Shown piece by piece: positions 61,080-64,000 of a stretch of 64,000 nt of DNA (position 1 is its first letter; each line of letters opens with the position of its first letter). The position numbers and the translations under genes were made by a program. The notes below the pieces were generated by a model, which worked only from the letters and a program-made list of their open reading frames with translations, was not told where the DNA came from and searched no databases. The DNA is taken from positions 124,001 to 188,000 of the IMG/VR virus record IMGVR_UViG_3300024054_000362; one strand, written 5' to 3'.

Positions 61080-64000
61080 TCAGTTGACTTCCGCCCAAGT
61101 TTTTCCGGCCTTGGCGTCGACGGGAAAATTCATCTTGTTGCCGTTGTACTCGACCTCGCGCGTGAAGCACTTCACGACGAGGGCCTTGAGCAGATCCTGA
61201 TCGTCTTCGTCGCACTCGAAGACTACGGCATCGTGGATCTGAAGGATCGGCCACGCGCCCTCGGGCAGGAGCGGCATGATATCCGCGAGCCCCAGGTTGA
61301 TAAGGTCAGCGCCCGACGCCTGAATCGGGAAGTTGACGACTTCGGTCAGGTCGAACTGCTTGATCGGAAAACATCGACGACGTCCGAGGATCATGCTTCG
61401 GATCTCGCCTTGCTGATCCGCCATCCGTTGCATGTCCTGGTGCCACTTGGTGACGCCCGGCATGCGGGTCTTCATCACCTGCACCATCTTGCCGATCATG
61501 CCGATGGTGACCTGCGGGTAGTCGCGGACGACGGCCTTCCACAACGTCTCGATCGAGCCGGCGTAGAACGCGCCGTACTCCGGGCGCTTGATCAGGTCGC
61601 GGCGGACCTTGCGTTCGTCGACAGGAACCGTGTCGAAGTCCGGCCAGACGATGCGCGCGAACTCGCTATGGATGTCCTTGTCCTTGTGGAAGATGTCGAG
61701 GAGGAACGGGTCACCTGACATGAGCGCGATCAGGCGTGCTTCGAGTTGCTTCGCATCGAAAGCGACGAACGCACGCCCGTACGGTGCGACCACCTGGCTA
61801 CGGAGGTTGGGGCGTCCCTTCTTTTTGTCGGCCTTGGGCCAGTTCTGTGCTTGTGGTCCTTCGGAGCGCCATCGTCCAGTGATGGCGTGGACGCTCCATC
61901 GTGGGTGAACACGCAGCCACGGATCGGCGAAGCCGTAACGGATCTTGCCGGGGATCGGTCGGCCTTCCTTGTCGAGGACCGGGCGATCGAGCATGCGTTC
62001 ACAGAACGTCGACAGGAGCTTTGCGTTCTCGCGGTAGTTGAGGAGCGCTTGGATTTCCGGGTACTGCGAGAACGCTTCGAGGACGTCTTTCTTTGTCGAG
62101 ATTCGACCACTGGCCGTCTGAAGACTGAGCGGCACACCGCAGGCCTTGAGGAAGGCCACGATGTGATCGCCCGAGTCGATCATGAAGTTGAACTTGCTAG
62201 CCTCGATCTCGCCGAGGCGTTTCGAAATACGTTCGTCAAGATCGATCGGATCGTGCTTTCGCGTACGCCGCGCCTGTTCGAAGGCGAGCCGTTCCTTGAA
62301 GCGCGCCAGGATCGTCGGATCCTGAATTTTGTCGTCCAGCTCTTTTTTGGCCGCATCGATGTTGGCGCGGAAGCCTTTGCGGAGTTGCCCGTTGATTTCT
62401 GGATCGATCGGGACGCCCTTCATGTGCATCACGCTGGCGGCGTGCGCCATCGCGAGATCCACCTTGTAGGTCTTCTCGGCGTTCGACTCCTTGATGATGA
62501 GCGCGATCGGACCTTCGATACGTGCCGTCGCAAGCGTGTCGCGTGCGTTGTAGGGCAGCAGCTCGTCGAGCGTTCCTTGACCATGGCGGTATTCGGCCTT
62601 CCACGGCGGAGCGGCGTAGAACTGCGTCAGGACACGCTGAAGGTTGTGTGCGAGGCCTGGGAACGCACTGTGATGCATGAGCATCGTGCAGTGGATTTCG
62701 CCGTTGATCTGAAAACCGTGACGTTCCAAGACAGGTACGTCGTAGATCCGGTTGTGGAAGATCTTGACGACGGACTCGTCGGCGAACAGTTTGTCGAGCG
62801 GTTCGAGAACCTCCGGGATGCACAGCTCCCACGCGATGCTGATCGCGCGCTCGAACGTGGCGAGCCCGAGCGCCGACATGTTGGCGTTGTAAGGTGAGAG
62901 CGCGGTGTGTTGCTTCGTGTTTTCGACGAAGGTCTCGGTGTCACACGCGAACCGACCTGAACGGTATGCGTCGACGACGAAGTCGGCGACGAGCTTCTTC
63001 GCCCGCTGCCAATCTTCTAGTTCGACCTGAATGTCGTCGGTGAACTTGATGTCGGCGCCCTGCGAGATCAGGTTCACCTTGGCCGTGTCGTAGAGCAGGT
63101 TCCAGAAGGCGAGGTCGACCGTGTGTGACCCACCACCGCCACTCGCACCGCCGCCACGAAGGATCGCAGCGGGGTGAATGCTCGGGATCACCGCACGCGT
63201 CCGTCCGCTGTTGTCGCAGTCGACCTCGTGGTACGAGCCCGCCATCTGCGTGATCGAGAACTTCTCGTTGCCAGTGAGTTGTTGGGCGGCGTGAGCCCCG
63301 AGGGCGAGGACGGGCACGCCGGGGAACTGTGCGATCTCTTGTTTGAGTCGGTCGCCACAAGCTTGACGTGCTTGCTTCTTGATGGCGTCGGAGGCGCCGT
63401 GCGGCGGTTGGCAGTTGTGAACGACGGCTCCGGGCGTGAGGAAGTTGTGCGTGCCTTCCACTTCGAGGCAGTACACGGTCGCGCCTTCGCCTTTTCGTCG
63501 GGGGCTCGTACAGACGCTCTCGGCCTGATCGTAAAAGGCCGCTGCTGGAATGGGCTCGTATGTTTGCGGGTCGTACTTGCCGCGATCTTCAGGTCGAAGT
63601 TTGTACGCCATCACAGGTGGAACGTAAGTCGCGATCGCAGCACTGAATCGCGCAGTCCCTTCGACCGTGAATCGGATACGGCCGCGCCGAACGCGGTTTT
63701 CGAAACCGCGTGCACGTAGTACTGCAGAGGCGTGAAGAAGATCTGGTTCGGGAAAGGCGACGCCACAAATCTCGGCGAGCGGACGGTGCCCGTTGCGGAT
63801 CTGCATGTACCCATCGTCTAGGTACCAGACGGCAAACAACAGCTCGTCCGCCGAAGCGAGAACAGTCGATGGGATTCGTTTCTTGCCTTCGGGGTAGAAG
63901 AGGTCGCGTGTTGCATGTCCCCATGCACCGGCAGCTGTACGGAACCCGTACTTAGCTTGCTCATTTTGTCGGGGTGGCTGTTGGAACAGTGACACGCCGA
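61080..64000 (-). CDS. polA: family A DNA polymerase with N-terminal UDG-like domain, intein-containing, 5' truncated
   Basis: CQPP...LALG...IHPAAILR (UDG-like); DTET exonuclease; DAKQLEAR, RDLIKRPEYG, QIHDAV polymerase motifs; frame open at the window edge. Confidence 0.93.
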   Translation of the reverse strand, partial: GVSLFQQPPRQNEQAKYGFRTAAGAWGHATRDLFYPEGKKRIPSTVLASADELLFAVWYLDDGYMQIRNGHRPLAEICGVAFPEPDLLHASAVLRARGFENRVRRGRIRFTVEGTARFSAAIATYVPPVMAYKLRPEDRGKYDPQTYEPIPAAAFYDQAESVCTSPRRKGEGATVYCLEVEGTHNFLTPGAVVHNCQPPHGASDAIKKQARQACGDRLKQEIAQFPGVPVLALGAHAAQQLTGNEKFSITQMAGSYHEVDCDNSGRTRAVIPSIHPAAILRGGGASGGGGSHTVDLAFWNLLYDTAKVNLISQGADIKFTDDIQVELEDWQRAKKLVADFVVDAYRSGRFACDTETFVENTKQHTALSPYNANMSALGLATFERAISIAWELCIPEVLEPLDKLFADESVVKIFHNRIYDVPVLERHGFQINGEIHCTMLMHHSAFPGLAHNLQRVLTQFYAAPPWKAEYRHGQGTLDELLPYNARDTLATARIEGPIALIIKESNAEKTYKVDLAMAHAASVMHMKGVPIDPEINGQLRKGFRANIDAAKKELDDKIQDPTILARFKERLAFEQARRTRKHDPIDLDERISKRLGEIEASKFNFMIDSGDHIVAFLKACGVPLSLQTASGRISTKKDVLEAFSQYPEIQALLNYRENAKLLSTFCERMLDRPVLDKEGRPIPGKIRYGFADPWLRVHPRWSVHAITGRWRSEGPQAQNWPKADKKKGRPNLRSQVVAPYGRAFVAFDAKQLEARLIALMSGDPFLLDIFHKDKDIHSEFARIVWPDFDTVPVDERKVRRDLIKRPEYGAFYAGSIETLWKAVVRDYPQVTIGMIGKMVQVMKTRMPGVTKWHQDMQRMADQQGEIRSMILGRRRCFPIKQFDLTEVVNFPIQASGADLINLGLADIMPLLPEGAWPILQIHDAVVFECDEDDQDLLKALVVKCFTREVEYNGNKMNFPVDAKAGKTWAEVN
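63414..64000 (-). mobile_element. intein with LAGLIDADG endonuclease domain (C-terminal part)
   Basis: AVWYLDDG block; VYCLEVEGTHNFLTPGAVVHN|C splice junction, Cys+1 at 63411-63413. Confidence 0.92.

Noticed and set aside
1-64000. Genome-wide TAG recoding
   Set aside because: Long enzyme ORFs (PolA, DinG, GHKL, GP88) are uninterrupted under code 11, and many genes end cleanly at TAG next to the following start. The in-frame neighbours at 700/704 and 17219/17223 have their own start signals.
1-64000. Capsid, terminase, portal or tail genes
   Set aside because: None recognisable in this window, so virion type (tailed versus membrane-containing) cannot be assigned from this sequence alone.

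Overview
GC-rich segment of a large dsDNA bacterial virus, not a host chromosome: genes are dense and mostly small, start/stop overlaps are common, and there are no rRNA, ribosomal-protein or CRISPR features. A lipoprotein of myxobacterial style weakly suggests a Myxococcota host. Recognisable genes include a family A DNA polymerase with a UDG-like N-terminal domain interrupted by an intein (runs off the right edge), a DinG helicase, thymidylate kinase, a Dam-like methylase, PyrF, a Nudix hydrolase, a ParB-like protein, two GHKL ATPase/HExxH proteins, a degenerate tyrosine recombinase, a shortened ComM/YifB ATPase, a glycosyl-/methyltransferase cassette, and several HNH and LAGLIDADG endonucleases. 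No terminase, portal, capsid or tail gene is recognisable in this window. The most unusual feature is a dispersed set of putative late/virion genes with three traits. (1) Many are preceded by a 16-bp palindrome GATCGC-N4-GCGATC placed 4-5 nt upstream of a TAnnnT -10 box, often giving near-leaderless mRNAs. (2) Many encode tail-anchored enzymes (2x M23, SleB-like, SGNH, C39) or small Arg-rich proteins. (3) Many carry a recurrent (G/N/T/S)-(L/F/V)-G motif just before a poly-Arg tail or at a domain junction. One protein is a fusion of two domains that also occur as free-standing genes, joined at GLG, and the virus encodes a membrane-anchored C39 (double-glycine-type) peptidase. I infer a proteolytic virion-maturation system in a possibly lipid-containing particle; this is a hypothesis, not shown. 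A second repeated motif (core CTCTCGCT) marks putative early promoters. Product names come from motif recognition by eye; no database searches were run.
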